Notes under the pieces: generated by a model
What the model was told of the DNA's origin: nothing
Databases searched by the model: none
Seen by the model: the letters and a program-made list of their open reading frames with translations, nothing else
Translations under genes and position numbers: made by a program
Part shown: positions 46,147 through 54,992 of the stretch, one piece after another
Position numbering within the stretch: position 1 is the stretch's first letter
Layout of the letters: each line of letters opens with the position of its first letter
Assembly (NCBI GenBank): GCA_002315625.1
Contig: DCHH01000039.1
Coordinates: 2,651-57,642 of the forward strand
Length of the DNA stretch: 54,992 nucleotides
Source of the DNA: Bacteroidales bacterium UBA1757
GTDB lineage: Bacteria; Bacteroidota; Bacteroidia; Bacteroidales; UBA1402
Direction of reading: 5' to 3'

Positions 46147-47022
46147 TCACTTACCGAAATTCAACAGCCAGTTCATGGCATCCGTTTCGGGATTGGTTGT
46201 TGACATGTCCGGAGCGATGGGATCATCGCAGAACACTTCATTGGTACGGGCGACATCACAACCGGTTGTGAGAACTAGTGACGACCCGTCAGGCATTGCG
46301 TACGGGCAGTTGCTTGACGCATAGCCTGCCGTTGGACATCCGAACGTCTTCACATTATTCAGCCCACGAAAGCACAAAAGGGTGGCTTCACCGGAGCTGG
46401 CGGTCAGGCTGTCCGTCAATATCGCGACAGGACAATCGAGGAATTCCTTTTCTTTGACGCCGACTGCGTTCAAAACAAACGAACGGGGAATCCATGAAGT
46501 GCGTTTTCTGGTCTTGAAACGCAGCATGTCGTTCCCGTCGGGGATAAACTTGTGAACAGCAGCTATCATCGGGTACATGTCTCCGCCGACATTTCCTCTG
46601 AGGTCAATGATTATGCCGGAAATGTCATCCGGAACGCCTTCGAGGACGGTGTTGGCATATTTCAGCCCTTCTTCCTTGTTGCCGTGGAATGGCGGCAACT
46701 TTACCGATGCAATATTGTTGTCATGCACTGATACCGACGGCATTTCCCATTCACGCACTCTATCCTCTGCCACACGGTTTGCAGGAGACAGAAAGGAATG
46801 CTTTCCTCCCGCCACCTTCAAGGCCTCACGGACGATAGTGTAAGCATCCTCCATTGTTTCCGGATTGGATGTCAGCGCGGCATTCTTTGCTGAATCCCAC
46901 TGCGCTCCCTCTGCATAAAGTCCGTTCTTATCCATTATGTTCACGGCTTTGCGAACGTATCTTTGAGGTTCAGAGCATGAGAGAATAAGGCATGGAAGGA
47001 TGAGGATTGCAAACTTTTTCAT
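46147..47022 (-). CDS. S41-family peptidase lipoprotein (short, no obvious PDZ)
   Basis: Start MKKFAILILPCLILSCSE (lipobox). IIDLRGNVGGDMYPM and LTDSLTASSGEATLL (Ser nucleophile context) are typical of S41. Confidence 0.75.
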   Translation of the reverse strand: MKKFAILILPCLILSCSEPQRYVRKAVNIMDKNGLYAEGAQWDSAKNAALTSNPETMEDAYTIVREALKVAGGKHSFLSPANRVAEDRVREWEMPSVSVHDNNIASVKLPPFHGNKEEGLKYANTVLEGVPDDISGIIIDLRGNVGGDMYPMIAAVHKFIPDGNDMLRFKTRKRTSWIPRSFVLNAVGVKEKEFLDCPVAILTDSLTASSGEATLLCFRGLNNVKTFGCPTAGYASSNCPYAMPDGSSLVLTTGCDVARTNEVFCDDPIAPDMSTTNPETDAMNWLLNFGK

Positions 47023-47100
47023 AATGATTCTATTTTTTTCTTGCTTCACCGTCGGATAATTTCGCCCGCTCTTATTGGTTTTGGACTTTTCCGGATGGTG

Positions 47101-47108
47101 CAAAGATA
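47101..47108 (-). promoter_or_regulatory. Bacteroides-type -7 box (TATCTTTG on minus strand)
   Basis: The plus strand reads CAAAGATA. It overlaps the long ORF start at 47103, supporting the ATG at 47022. Confidence 0.4.
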
Positions 47109-47176
47109 AGTTTTTGGTGGGTATCTATAGGAAAGTTGGGGAAATATTGCTTATTTTGTGACAAATATTTCTCATA

Positions 47177-49570
47177 ATGAAAGCAAGACTTTACTTTCTT
47201 ATTTTGGTTACGCTGATGGCAGTAAAAGTGTCGGGCCGGACCGACGAGTTGTTCAATTTTGACTGGAAATTCCAGTTGGGACCTTGCACGGAGGCTTCAC
47301 AGCCTTCCTACAACGACTCGCAGTGGCGGACGCTCGACCTTCCCCATGATTTTCAGATGGAGATGCCATGGAGCATAGATGCTGGAGGTGCTCGCGGTTT
47401 CAAGGAGATGGGCGAAGGGTGGTACCGGAAATCTTTCCTGGCCCGGCCCGAGTGGAAAGGGCAGAAAGTCATTGTTGATTTTGAAGGAATTATGGCCTAC
47501 GGAGAAGCCTATCTCAACGGCAAACGCATCGGGGGTACGGACTACGGATACCTCGGCTTTGAGGCGGATATCACAGAACTGCTTGACTATGAGAAGGAAA
47601 ACGTGCTGGCGGTATGGTCAACTACAGGTAAAAAGGGTGGTTCGCGCTGGTATTCGGGCGGAGGACTTTTCCGAGATGTCCATCTTATTGTAAAGAATCC
47701 AATCAATGTGACCCGTCACGGTCTGTACATTTCAACGCCTGAGATTACATCTACACATGCTTCAGTCAGGGTACAGGTTGATATTGAGGGCATTCGCGGA
47801 CAGGAAAGCGGAGTGGAAGTCGCAGCCCGTATTTATGCCCCCGACGGAACGTTTGCCGGTGAAACGAAAATGGTTGCTCCCAAGAACAATCTGACTGTCA
47901 ATGAGGTGGTTCTGCCTTTCGTCACATTGGAGAATCCGCTTCGCTGGTCGTGCGAGACACCTTACTTATATACTGTAAAGGTGGAATTGAGCAAAGATGG
48001 AGAAATATTGGATGCCGTTGAGGACCGTTTCGGGGTGCGCACCATTGAGTATTCCAAGGAGTTCGGCTTCAAACTGAACGGGGAGAAGGTTTTCCTGAAG
48101 GGAATCGCTAACCATCATGATATGGGAGCTGTCGGTGTGGCGGCTTTCGAAACCTCCATCTCACGGATGATGGACCAGCTTAAGGCGTTTGGATACAATC
48201 AGATACGCTGTTCGCACAATCCTTATTCAGAGGCTTTTTTGAGGCTGGCAGACGAAAAGGGAATCCTTATTGTCGATGAGTTGTACGATAAGTGGAGCGA
48301 CAATTCCTATTGGATTGGGCGCAAACCCTGGAGCGAAACGTGGTACAAGGATGAAATCGAGTGGATTCGCCGCGACCGTAACCACCCGTCCATAATTTTA
48401 TGGAGTTTCGGCAACGAGTTGCAGATGCAGGAAAAGCTGGCGGGACTTCCCACTGGCGACTGGGGCGTTACGACCTACCGCCTTATGAAGACCATTGAGG
48501 AAAGATACGACGGCACACGTCCGACCACTGTGGCCATGTTTCCGGCCCGTGGCGGCGGCCGCAGCAAGAACGACCCGACTTTCAACACTCTGGTGACACC
48601 TCCCGAACTGGCTACGGTCACCGACATTGCCAGTTTCAACTACCGCTGGTACAACTACAAGGATTATCTTGGGTATGCCCCCGACATGATTATGTACCAG
48701 AGCGAAGCCACCACCAATGAGCAGCTGGCCCCGCTGTATGGGATGAACCGCGAAACTATGGTCGGACTGTCGTATTGGGGTGCAATCGAGTACTGGGGCG
48801 AGTCGAACGGCTGGCCCAAAAAGGGGTGGAATTATTCTTTCTTCTCCCATACCCTTGAACCGTTTCCGCAGGCATACCTTATTCAAAGTGCTTTTGAGGA
48901 AGACAAGCCGCTTGTACGGATAGCTGTCATGGAGAAGAGCGGGGAGAGCATCGAATGGAACGATATTCAGGTGGGCGGACAGAATGTGGCTTCCCACTGG
49001 AACTGGGAAGCGGGCAAGGTGTGCAATATCTATACCTACACCAATGCCGATGAAGTGGAACTTTTTGTCAACGGCAAGTCGTACGGAGTGCAGAAGAATG
49101 AACGCAGTGACGTCTATAAGCGGAATATCATTTATTGGCAGAATATCCCCTACGAACCGGGAAAGATTCTGGCTGTTGCACGTACTGGCGGCAAGGAAAC
49201 GGCCAGTCACTTGCTGGAAACTGCCGGCAAGGCGGTTGCCTTTAAGGTAGTGCTGGAAAACAGTGCCTGGAAGGCAGACGGAATGGACCTCCAGTATATC
49301 AATGTCTATGCGGTCGATGCCAAAGGACGGACGGTTCCCACTGCCGAGGGGAGTGTGAAATTCGAAATCAAGGGAGATGCTGCCCGTCTGCTGGCCGTAG
49401 AGAACGGTGACCACTGCACCGACCGTCTGTTCTACAATACGAACACCACCAACCTCTACAAGGGTTACGCTCAGGCCATTCTGCGCAGCACCCGCACCCC
49501 CGGAAAGCTCACTGTGACCATTTCCGGCGACGGCCTTCGCCCCTCCACCTTCAAACTCACAACTAAATGA
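47177..49570 (+). CDS. Glycoside hydrolase family 2 (beta-galactosidase/beta-glucuronidase-like)
   Basis: 797 aa with a signal peptide. NHHDMGAVG, CSHNPYS, WSFGNE (acid/base) and YQSEAT (nucleophile region), with C-terminal Ig-like domains. Confidence 0.85.
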   Translation: MKARLYFLILVTLMAVKVSGRTDELFNFDWKFQLGPCTEASQPSYNDSQWRTLDLPHDFQMEMPWSIDAGGARGFKEMGEGWYRKSFLARPEWKGQKVIVDFEGIMAYGEAYLNGKRIGGTDYGYLGFEADITELLDYEKENVLAVWSTTGKKGGSRWYSGGGLFRDVHLIVKNPINVTRHGLYISTPEITSTHASVRVQVDIEGIRGQESGVEVAARIYAPDGTFAGETKMVAPKNNLTVNEVVLPFVTLENPLRWSCETPYLYTVKVELSKDGEILDAVEDRFGVRTIEYSKEFGFKLNGEKVFLKGIANHHDMGAVGVAAFETSISRMMDQLKAFGYNQIRCSHNPYSEAFLRLADEKGILIVDELYDKWSDNSYWIGRKPWSETWYKDEIEWIRRDRNHPSIILWSFGNELQMQEKLAGLPTGDWGVTTYRLMKTIEERYDGTRPTTVAMFPARGGGRSKNDPTFNTLVTPPELATVTDIASFNYRWYNYKDYLGYAPDMIMYQSEATTNEQLAPLYGMNRETMVGLSYWGAIEYWGESNGWPKKGWNYSFFSHTLEPFPQAYLIQSAFEEDKPLVRIAVMEKSGESIEWNDIQVGGQNVASHWNWEAGKVCNIYTYTNADEVELFVNGKSYGVQKNERSDVYKRNIIYWQNIPYEPGKILAVARTGGKETASHLLETAGKAVAFKVVLENSAWKADGMDLQYINVYAVDAKGRTVPTAEGSVKFEIKGDAARLLAVENGDHCTDRLFYNTNTTNLYKGYAQAILRSTRTPGKLTVTISGDGLRPSTFKLTTK

Positions 49571-49602
49571 GGGTGGCTAAAAAGTCACCCTCTTATTAGT
49601 TA

Positions 49603-49709
49603 CGTCATCCCGGGCTTGACCCGGGATCCCGCCATAAACGAGGGATCCTGAATCAAGTTCAGGATGACGTGCGTAAAACGAGGGATCCTGAATCAAGTTC
49701 AGGATGACG
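49603..49709. repeat. REP/BIME-like cluster of three hairpin repeat units
   Basis: Two direct 34-bp units (49636-49669 and 49676-49709; AAACGAGGGATCCTGAATCAAGTTCAGGATGACG). One inverted variant unit (49603-49630; CGTCATCCCGGGCTTGACCCGGGATCCC). Each carries an 8-bp stem and a 5-nt loop. Confidence 0.7.
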
Positions 49710-49752
49710 CATAAATAGCCCAATAAGGTTTTGGACAGGGGTGGCGGCAAGG

Positions 49753-52700
49753 TTAGTAGATTTCGATTTCTACTATGCCTAGGCGGCTGTTGGCGGTTTC
49801 TTTGGTTACCCCTTCGAGGTGTCCGGCCACTTCAACTATGCCGCCGAAGGCGTCCTGCTGGGAGGCGGCGCCGGTCAGCTGGATTGTGACGAAACGTCCT
49901 TTGACCGGGGTGATTGGGATTGAAAAGTAACCAAGGGTTTGCGGGGTGTTTCCGCGGAAAACCTCCTTGTCATCGATTAGGATGCTGATGGGATAGCTGC
50001 GGTTGCGCCAGCCGTCCATTTTCAGTTCCACTTCGCTGATGAGGGCATCGTGGGCGAGTTCGAAGCGAATCCAGCCGTTGGCAAGGATGCCGTCATTCGT
50101 CCATTTGGAGAGCTCGTTGTCGTCCCAGCAGCAGGCGACGTTCTGCTCATTGCTTCCAGCCACGGCAGAAACAATGTCAATGGCTTGTCTTGTAACTTGG
50201 AAAGAAGGTGTGGAAGGTGTCTCGCCCCGTTCCAGATAGGAGGGGAGATGGTCGGCGGCCACATACGCAGAAAGACCGTTTTGATTGGAAACAGGACGTG
50301 AAGCGAATTGTAGTGTGGCGCTGGAAAGACCCTCCGCTGAGGCTGTCAGGGTGACTTTTCCTGCCTTTGTCGTGGAGCGGACAAGGACACGGTTCACACC
50401 GCATTCAACGGGAAGGTCCCTGTCGAGGATGTAATTGCCGTCTTTTCCCTGGGCAATACCGCCACGCCACTCGGCGCATCCCTGCAAATCAAAATGAACC
50501 ATGTTGCCAGCCAGAGGACAACGCTGACCATCTTTGTCAACCACTTCAATTTCCACCAGCGTAAGGTCTGCTCCGTCAGCCTTGAAACCATCGGGAGCCT
50601 CTGTGCGGGTCATCCGAAGTGCAACGGGCTGGCCGGCCGTCTTTTTCGTGCAGCGGCTAACCTCATTCCCATTGGCGTCATAGCTGACGGCTTCGACCAT
50701 GCCGGGTTCCCACACCACATTTTTGAAAGTGAACAGGAAATGCTCTGAGCGCTCACCGAACCCCTTAGAAGTGCCGTTGACAAACAATTCGACTTTTTCA
50801 CCAGTGGAGGCTACCAGTACATCCTTGGCAAATCCATGACCGAATTTTTCAACGGCGGGGGCATAGTTCCAATGTCCGCAAATGTAGCTGTGGTGCTTTT
50901 CAACGTCAACCCATCCGTCCCACATCACCTGGTGGGCGAAATAGACGTCCTTGGGAATACGCATGGCATCGGTCACACCGCTGCGCCGGTAGTTCTCGGT
51001 GCCACGGTAATGGGTATTGGAGTCGGAGAAGATAATCTTGGCGCCACCGCTGCTCACCCGTTTGCCGGTGCCGGGACGGACGCGGTAGTAGTCGTTCCAG
51101 CGGGTGATGAGTTCACGGAAGAAGGTGTCCTGATTCCGGTTGTAGGAGGAAGCATCCTTGCCGACCATAGTGTTGGTAACGGTCGAATGATAGGTCTTGT
51201 TGCCGTCACCGTTTTTGTGGTAGGGATAAGAGAAGTCATCCCAATATTTGCGGAGTGCCTCGTCGCGGCAATATTCTGTGGCCCACATGGGAATGTCGGC
51301 GCTCTTGTTGATGTAGAGCATTTCACCGCCGTACTCGGCCACTTCGCTGTCGAGCATTTCACGGCTTCCGATAGCCCGTCCGCCGTATGGGTCGTAGAGG
51401 TCGCGGACTGCTTTCATCTCAGCCATATGCTCTTCGGAAATGGACTCGTTTCCACACTCATAGAACAGGATTGAGGGGTTGTTGCGGTAGTAGATGATGG
51501 CATCGCGCATGAGCATTACGCGCAAGTCCCAACGGCGTCCGGTAACGTCCTTTTCGGCATCACCAGCCGGTATTGCCTGAATCAGTCCCACACGGTCGCA
51601 CGATTCGACATCCTGCCGCCATGGGGTCACATGCATCCAGCGGACCAGGTTCCCGTTTCCTTCCACCACCATGCGGTTGCTCAGGTCGCTCAGCCAAGCC
51701 GGGACGCTCATACCGACAGCCGGCCACTCGTTGGAGGTACGCTGGGCATACCCCTTCATCTGGAGGACGCGGTCGTTGAGTGTGACCATTCCGTCGCGGA
51801 AAGCGGTTTTGCGGAAACCGGTACGGGTTTTGACCACATCAATGGGTTTACCGTTGACAATCAGTGAAGTATAGACATTGTAGAGATAACCGTATCCCCA
51901 GCTCCAGAAATGGAGTCCGTTGACCAGTCCGCCAGTCCGGACAACCGATGTGGCACCTGCATCCAGTCTGACAGAGGAAGATGTGAAAGAGGCGATTTCT
52001 TTTCCGTCCATATCTTCAACCGTCATGGCCAGAGAAAATTCCTGTGGGGTGCCGGTCTCGTTGCGAACCTCCGATTCGGCATACAGACGGGCCTGTTTGC
52101 GGGTGATGTCGATTTCACGGGCATAGACGTATGTGCCGGTGGTCTGGAGATTGCTGAACAGGGGAAGGGTCTGGTAGAGAGTGGGGGTGACGTGCAGCCA
52201 GACATTCTTGGGAATACCGCCGTAGTTGGCATTGAAATTCCGGTCGTTCCATTGGAAAGTCGAGCCGGTCTGCTTTTCGTGGTAGCGCCAGCTGTTGTCA
52301 ATCCGTGCCGAAAGGATATTCTCGCCATTATAGTTGATATAAGGTGTAAGGTCCAGTCCGAAGGCCATTACGCCGTTCTCATGCAGTCCAAGGTATTGGC
52401 CGTTCAGCCAGAACTCGCCGCCGAAGCGGATGCCCTCAAATTCCAGAAACACCTTGCACCCTTTGGCCGAGGCGGGAAGACGGAAATGTTTCCGATACCA
52501 GACAATTGTGTCGGTGTGCTCGGCGATTGATACCTGAAAGGCTTCATCTTCGTTGAAGGCGTGGGGCAGGGTCACTTTTTCCCACGATGCATCAGGGGCC
52601 TGTTTCTGACAGAACGATTCATTGTCTCCGACATGGAGCAACCAGCCGGAATTGAAGTTGTAGCGGGCCCTAAGGTTTCCGTTCAAGGGAACATTGGCCA

Positions 52701-52755
52701 TGACTGCCACCAGTGGGCAGAAAAACAGGGCGAGCAAAAGGGATTTTTTGTTCAT
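49753..52755 (-). CDS. Glycoside hydrolase family 2-like enzyme with C-terminal discoidin-like domain (paralogue of 25528-28608)
   Basis: ATG ending at 52755 (MNKKSLLLALFFCPLVAVMA); the ORF-track start at 52800 is TTG. Same motif set as the paralogue (YECGNES, WATEY, NELSKW...WIRF). Confidence 0.8.
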   Translation of the reverse strand: MNKKSLLLALFFCPLVAVMANVPLNGNLRARYNFNSGWLLHVGDNESFCQKQAPDASWEKVTLPHAFNEDEAFQVSIAEHTDTIVWYRKHFRLPASAKGCKVFLEFEGIRFGGEFWLNGQYLGLHENGVMAFGLDLTPYINYNGENILSARIDNSWRYHEKQTGSTFQWNDRNFNANYGGIPKNVWLHVTPTLYQTLPLFSNLQTTGTYVYAREIDITRKQARLYAESEVRNETGTPQEFSLAMTVEDMDGKEIASFTSSSVRLDAGATSVVRTGGLVNGLHFWSWGYGYLYNVYTSLIVNGKPIDVVKTRTGFRKTAFRDGMVTLNDRVLQMKGYAQRTSNEWPAVGMSVPAWLSDLSNRMVVEGNGNLVRWMHVTPWRQDVESCDRVGLIQAIPAGDAEKDVTGRRWDLRVMLMRDAIIYYRNNPSILFYECGNESISEEHMAEMKAVRDLYDPYGGRAIGSREMLDSEVAEYGGEMLYINKSADIPMWATEYCRDEALRKYWDDFSYPYHKNGDGNKTYHSTVTNTMVGKDASSYNRNQDTFFRELITRWNDYYRVRPGTGKRVSSGGAKIIFSDSNTHYRGTENYRRSGVTDAMRIPKDVYFAHQVMWDGWVDVEKHHSYICGHWNYAPAVEKFGHGFAKDVLVASTGEKVELFVNGTSKGFGERSEHFLFTFKNVVWEPGMVEAVSYDANGNEVSRCTKKTAGQPVALRMTRTEAPDGFKADGADLTLVEIEVVDKDGQRCPLAGNMVHFDLQGCAEWRGGIAQGKDGNYILDRDLPVECGVNRVLVRSTTKAGKVTLTASAEGLSSATLQFASRPVSNQNGLSAYVAADHLPSYLERGETPSTPSFQVTRQAIDIVSAVAGSNEQNVACCWDDNELSKWTNDGILANGWIRFELAHDALISEVELKMDGWRNRSYPISILIDDKEVFRGNTPQTLGYFSIPITPVKGRFVTIQLTGAASQQDAFGGIVEVAGHLEGVTKETANSRLGIVEIEIY

Positions 52756-52921
52756 AGTTTCAGTATATGGGTAATGATATCTCCGAATTTCAGACTGCAA
52801 AGAAAAGAATTCTTTTGTCTGGTATTAGTGCGCAAATATTCAAATCTATGGAAAAACTGAAAATGAACGTTTTTTCCATAACGATGAACTTTAATACCAT
52901 GTGGGTGGATTTTTTGTGAAA

Positions 52922-52929
52922 TAGTTTTG
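52922..52929 (+). promoter_or_regulatory. Bacteroides-type -7 box (TAGTTTTG)
   Basis: Matches TAnnTTTG, 22 nt upstream of the ATG at 52951. Confidence 0.35.
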
Positions 52930-52950
52930 CTCCGTCAAAACAATGTTCCC

Positions 52951-54992
52951 ATGAAGAAATATTTAGCGGTATTGGCTGTCGCTTTTTTGCTGGTGGTTCC
53001 AGTGTCGGCCCAAAGGCTGATGGAACGAATGGACAGAGGTCTGGTGGTCATCAACAAGGGTGACAACAAGGCATTTCTGTCGTGGCGTTACCTGGCTACC
53101 GACCCGGAAAATATTGCCTTCAATCTCTACCGGCGGGTAGGAAGCACCATCGCGAAAAAAACGAAAATCAACGACAAGCCCATTTCCGGGGCAACGAATT
53201 ACGAATGGAAAATTCCTTCAGGAGTATCAGCCTTTGATGTGGTCTCCTATTATTATGTGGCTCCCGTGATTGACGGAGTGGAGCAGCAGGAGGACGGCTG
53301 GTGGATGGCTCCGGCCCAAACGCCTGCCAACCGCATTGTCCGCGATTTCAACTACCATCCTCTGCCGAAGGGGTGGCCCAAGATGATGATGAAGTTCTGC
53401 TGGGTGGGCGACCTGAACGGTGACGGACGCTACGATTTTGTCATTGACCGTATGGGGAGCAGCGCTTCGGACGAAGAGGAAGAAGGCGAATCCAAACAGA
53501 ATTATCCATCACAGGTTGAGGCCTATACCTCCGAAGGCAAGTTCCTGTGGCGGATGAGCATGGGTTTCAATGTGGCAATCAGTTCGGGCCAGAACGATAT
53601 GGTGACGGTCTATGACATGGACGGCGACGGCAAGGCCGAGGTGATGGTCTGTGTTTCGGAAGGGACGGTCTTTGCCGACGGTACAACGGTGACCAATGCC
53701 GACGGAACGGTTCACGACTATTCGAAAAGCGCCGGCTCAGCCCCCCAGTGGGTGGCCGTGGTAAACGGAGAGACGGGCGCATACATCACCAAGACGGAAC
53801 TTCCTCATTACAAGGCTATTGCCACAACCCGTTCAGACAAGTGGAAAGACATTGGAGGACATTTTATCATCAATTATCTCGACGGCATAAACCCGTCGCT
53901 GGTCTATGAGTACAAAAACCGCCAGCCCTCGGGCCTCTTTACAGGGGCATACGCGGCGTGGCGGTTTATTGACGGCCAGCTGCAATTGCAATATTCCAAC
54001 CGCTTTTCCCGCAATGCGCAGCAGTATGAGGCCCATCAGGTGCGCGCGGCCGATACCGACGGTGACGGAAAAGATGAATTCGTAGAAATCAGCTATGTGA
54101 TTGATGACGATGGAACCGAGATTGTACAGGCAGAGGGTATCGCCCACGGCGACCGCCATTGTCTGGCCGACATTGACCCCGACCATCCCGGTCTGGAGCA
54201 TTTCTTTATCCAGCAGGGCAATACCTTGGGTATGGGAACATGGGATATTCAGACCGGAAAACTCCTCTCCGCACATTATATGGCGGCAACGGCCGATGTG
54301 GGGCGTGGCATGTGTGCTGCACTTGACCCGGGACAACGGGGAATGCAGTATTTTTCCACGATGAACGATTACCAGCTTTACGGATGTAATGGGGAACTGC
54401 TCACAGGGGCAAAAGGGGCCTTCCCGGCCGAAGCCCTCTGGTGGGGACCCTCGTTGAGCCGTTATATGATCCATCCGGTGGGAAGCGCCGGACTGAATGT
54501 GGCGTTCTCTCAGTACAACACCTCCAGCAAGCAGCTGGAACGGGTACTTCCGAACTTTTACAATGAAGGAAAAGCATATTACCTGCAGGCCTATTATGCA
54601 GGAAGAGCCTCTTTCTGGGGCGATATCCTGGGCGACTGGCGTGAAGAAATGGTGCTGGCCCGACGCGACACGACCGGTTTTGCCGTTGTCTCCACATGGG
54701 ATGTGACTGACCATCGCCAGTATTGTCTCATGCAGAATCCTGCCTACCGTATCCAGACCACCGCCAAGGGGTATTATCAGACCCCCGATGTCGATTTCTA
54801 TATGGCTACCGACATGCCGCTGCCGCCGGTACCTCCGGTTCAGCAGGCCGATTTCTATCTGACGGACGGTGCATCTTTGGCATCAGCCCAGGCCGATTCC
54901 CTTACCGTGATGCTCGACATCCGCAATCCGAACCGGGTCATCACCCTGACCGACGAGGTATCACCCCGCCGTTTGTGGCTGATGAACCCGAA
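52951..54992 (+). CDS. Rhamnogalacturonan lyase, PL11-like (3' end beyond window)
   Basis: Absent from the ORF track because there is no stop in the window. I hand-translated frame 1 at the 5' end (52951 to about 53460) and continuously from 53461 to the end, and saw no stop. It reads MKKYLAVLAVAFLLVVPVSAQRLMERMDRGLVVINKG...WVGDLNGDGRYDFV...YDMDGDGKAE...ADTDGDGKDEF...GDWREEMVLA...LMQNPAYR. The FG-GAP/Ca-binding DxDGDG repeats are typical of YesW-type lyases. Confidence 0.75.
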   Translation, partial: MKKYLAVLAVAFLLVVPVSAQRLMERMDRGLVVINKGDNKAFLSWRYLATDPENIAFNLYRRVGSTIAKKTKINDKPISGATNYEWKIPSGVSAFDVVSYYYVAPVIDGVEQQEDGWWMAPAQTPANRIVRDFNYHPLPKGWPKMMMKFCWVGDLNGDGRYDFVIDRMGSSASDEEEEGESKQNYPSQVEAYTSEGKFLWRMSMGFNVAISSGQNDMVTVYDMDGDGKAEVMVCVSEGTVFADGTTVTNADGTVHDYSKSAGSAPQWVAVVNGETGAYITKTELPHYKAIATTRSDKWKDIGGHFIINYLDGINPSLVYEYKNRQPSGLFTGAYAAWRFIDGQLQLQYSNRFSRNAQQYEAHQVRAADTDGDGKDEFVEISYVIDDDGTEIVQAEGIAHGDRHCLADIDPDHPGLEHFFIQQGNTLGMGTWDIQTGKLLSAHYMAATADVGRGMCAALDPGQRGMQYFSTMNDYQLYGCNGELLTGAKGAFPAEALWWGPSLSRYMIHPVGSAGLNVAFSQYNTSSKQLERVLPNFYNEGKAYYLQAYYAGRASFWGDILGDWREEMVLARRDTTGFAVVSTWDVTDHRQYCLMQNPAYRIQTTAKGYYQTPDVDFYMATDMPLPPVPPVQQADFYLTDGASLASAQADSLTVMLDIRNPNRVITLTDEVSPRRLWLMNP

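Noticed and set aside
49603-49709. Possible mini-CRISPR array (34-bp units with 40-bp period).
   Set aside because: There are only two direct units, separated by 6 nt, plus one inverted unit. There are no spacer-sized unique segments and no cas genes. The structure fits REP/BIME-like elements instead.

Overview
This is a chromosomal segment of Bacteroidales type. The evidence is several TAnnTTTG -7 promoter boxes, many lipoproteins and OM beta-barrels, and periplasmic CAZymes. A Muribaculaceae-like origin is only a guess. I support about 40 protein-coding genes and saw no rRNA, tRNA, CRISPR array, transposase or integrase.

Layout:
- 1-11.2 kb: conserved envelope and housekeeping core (rbr, murI, 2x skp/ompH, bamA, uppS, a barrel/lipoprotein pair, comF, recX, prmC, ribD).
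- 11.2-15.1 kb: deacetylase plus a giant DUF2723-like GT-C membrane protein.
- 15.3-18.2 kb: uncharacterised two-gene outer-membrane module, a small barrel plus a ComEA-like HhH domain fused to a large barrel.
- 18.2-32.0 kb: one tightly packed minus-strand array, rpe-ClC-fmt-GH2-alpha2-macroglobulin-pbpC.
- 32.3-40.3 kb: ECF sigma, then a plus-strand array of DUF4199-like, GtrB-like GT2, lipoprotein, barrel, apbE, grpE, dnaJ and GH28.
- 40.3-47.1 kb: accessory-looking stretch with a ParE/RelE-type TA, a C69 dipeptidase, HipBA, an AT-richer orphan ATPase with a PD-(D/E)xK-like tail, and an S41 peptidase.
- 47.2-55.0 kb: pectin-type CAZymes, namely GH2, a REP-like hairpin cluster, a GH2 paralogue of the 25.5 kb gene, and a PL11-like rhamnogalacturonan lyase. 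The lyase gene runs off the window and is missing from the supplied ORF track.

No confirmed novel system can be claimed from sequence alone. The best candidates for follow-up are:
- the HhH-barrel OM module at 15265-18230;
- the orphan ATPase/nuclease-like gene inside the TA-rich islet at 44607-46031;
- the GH2 wedged between fmt and the A2M-PBP1C pair;
- the structured repeat with compensatory stem changes at 49603-49709.

All family names come from motif recognition by eye. No database search was run.
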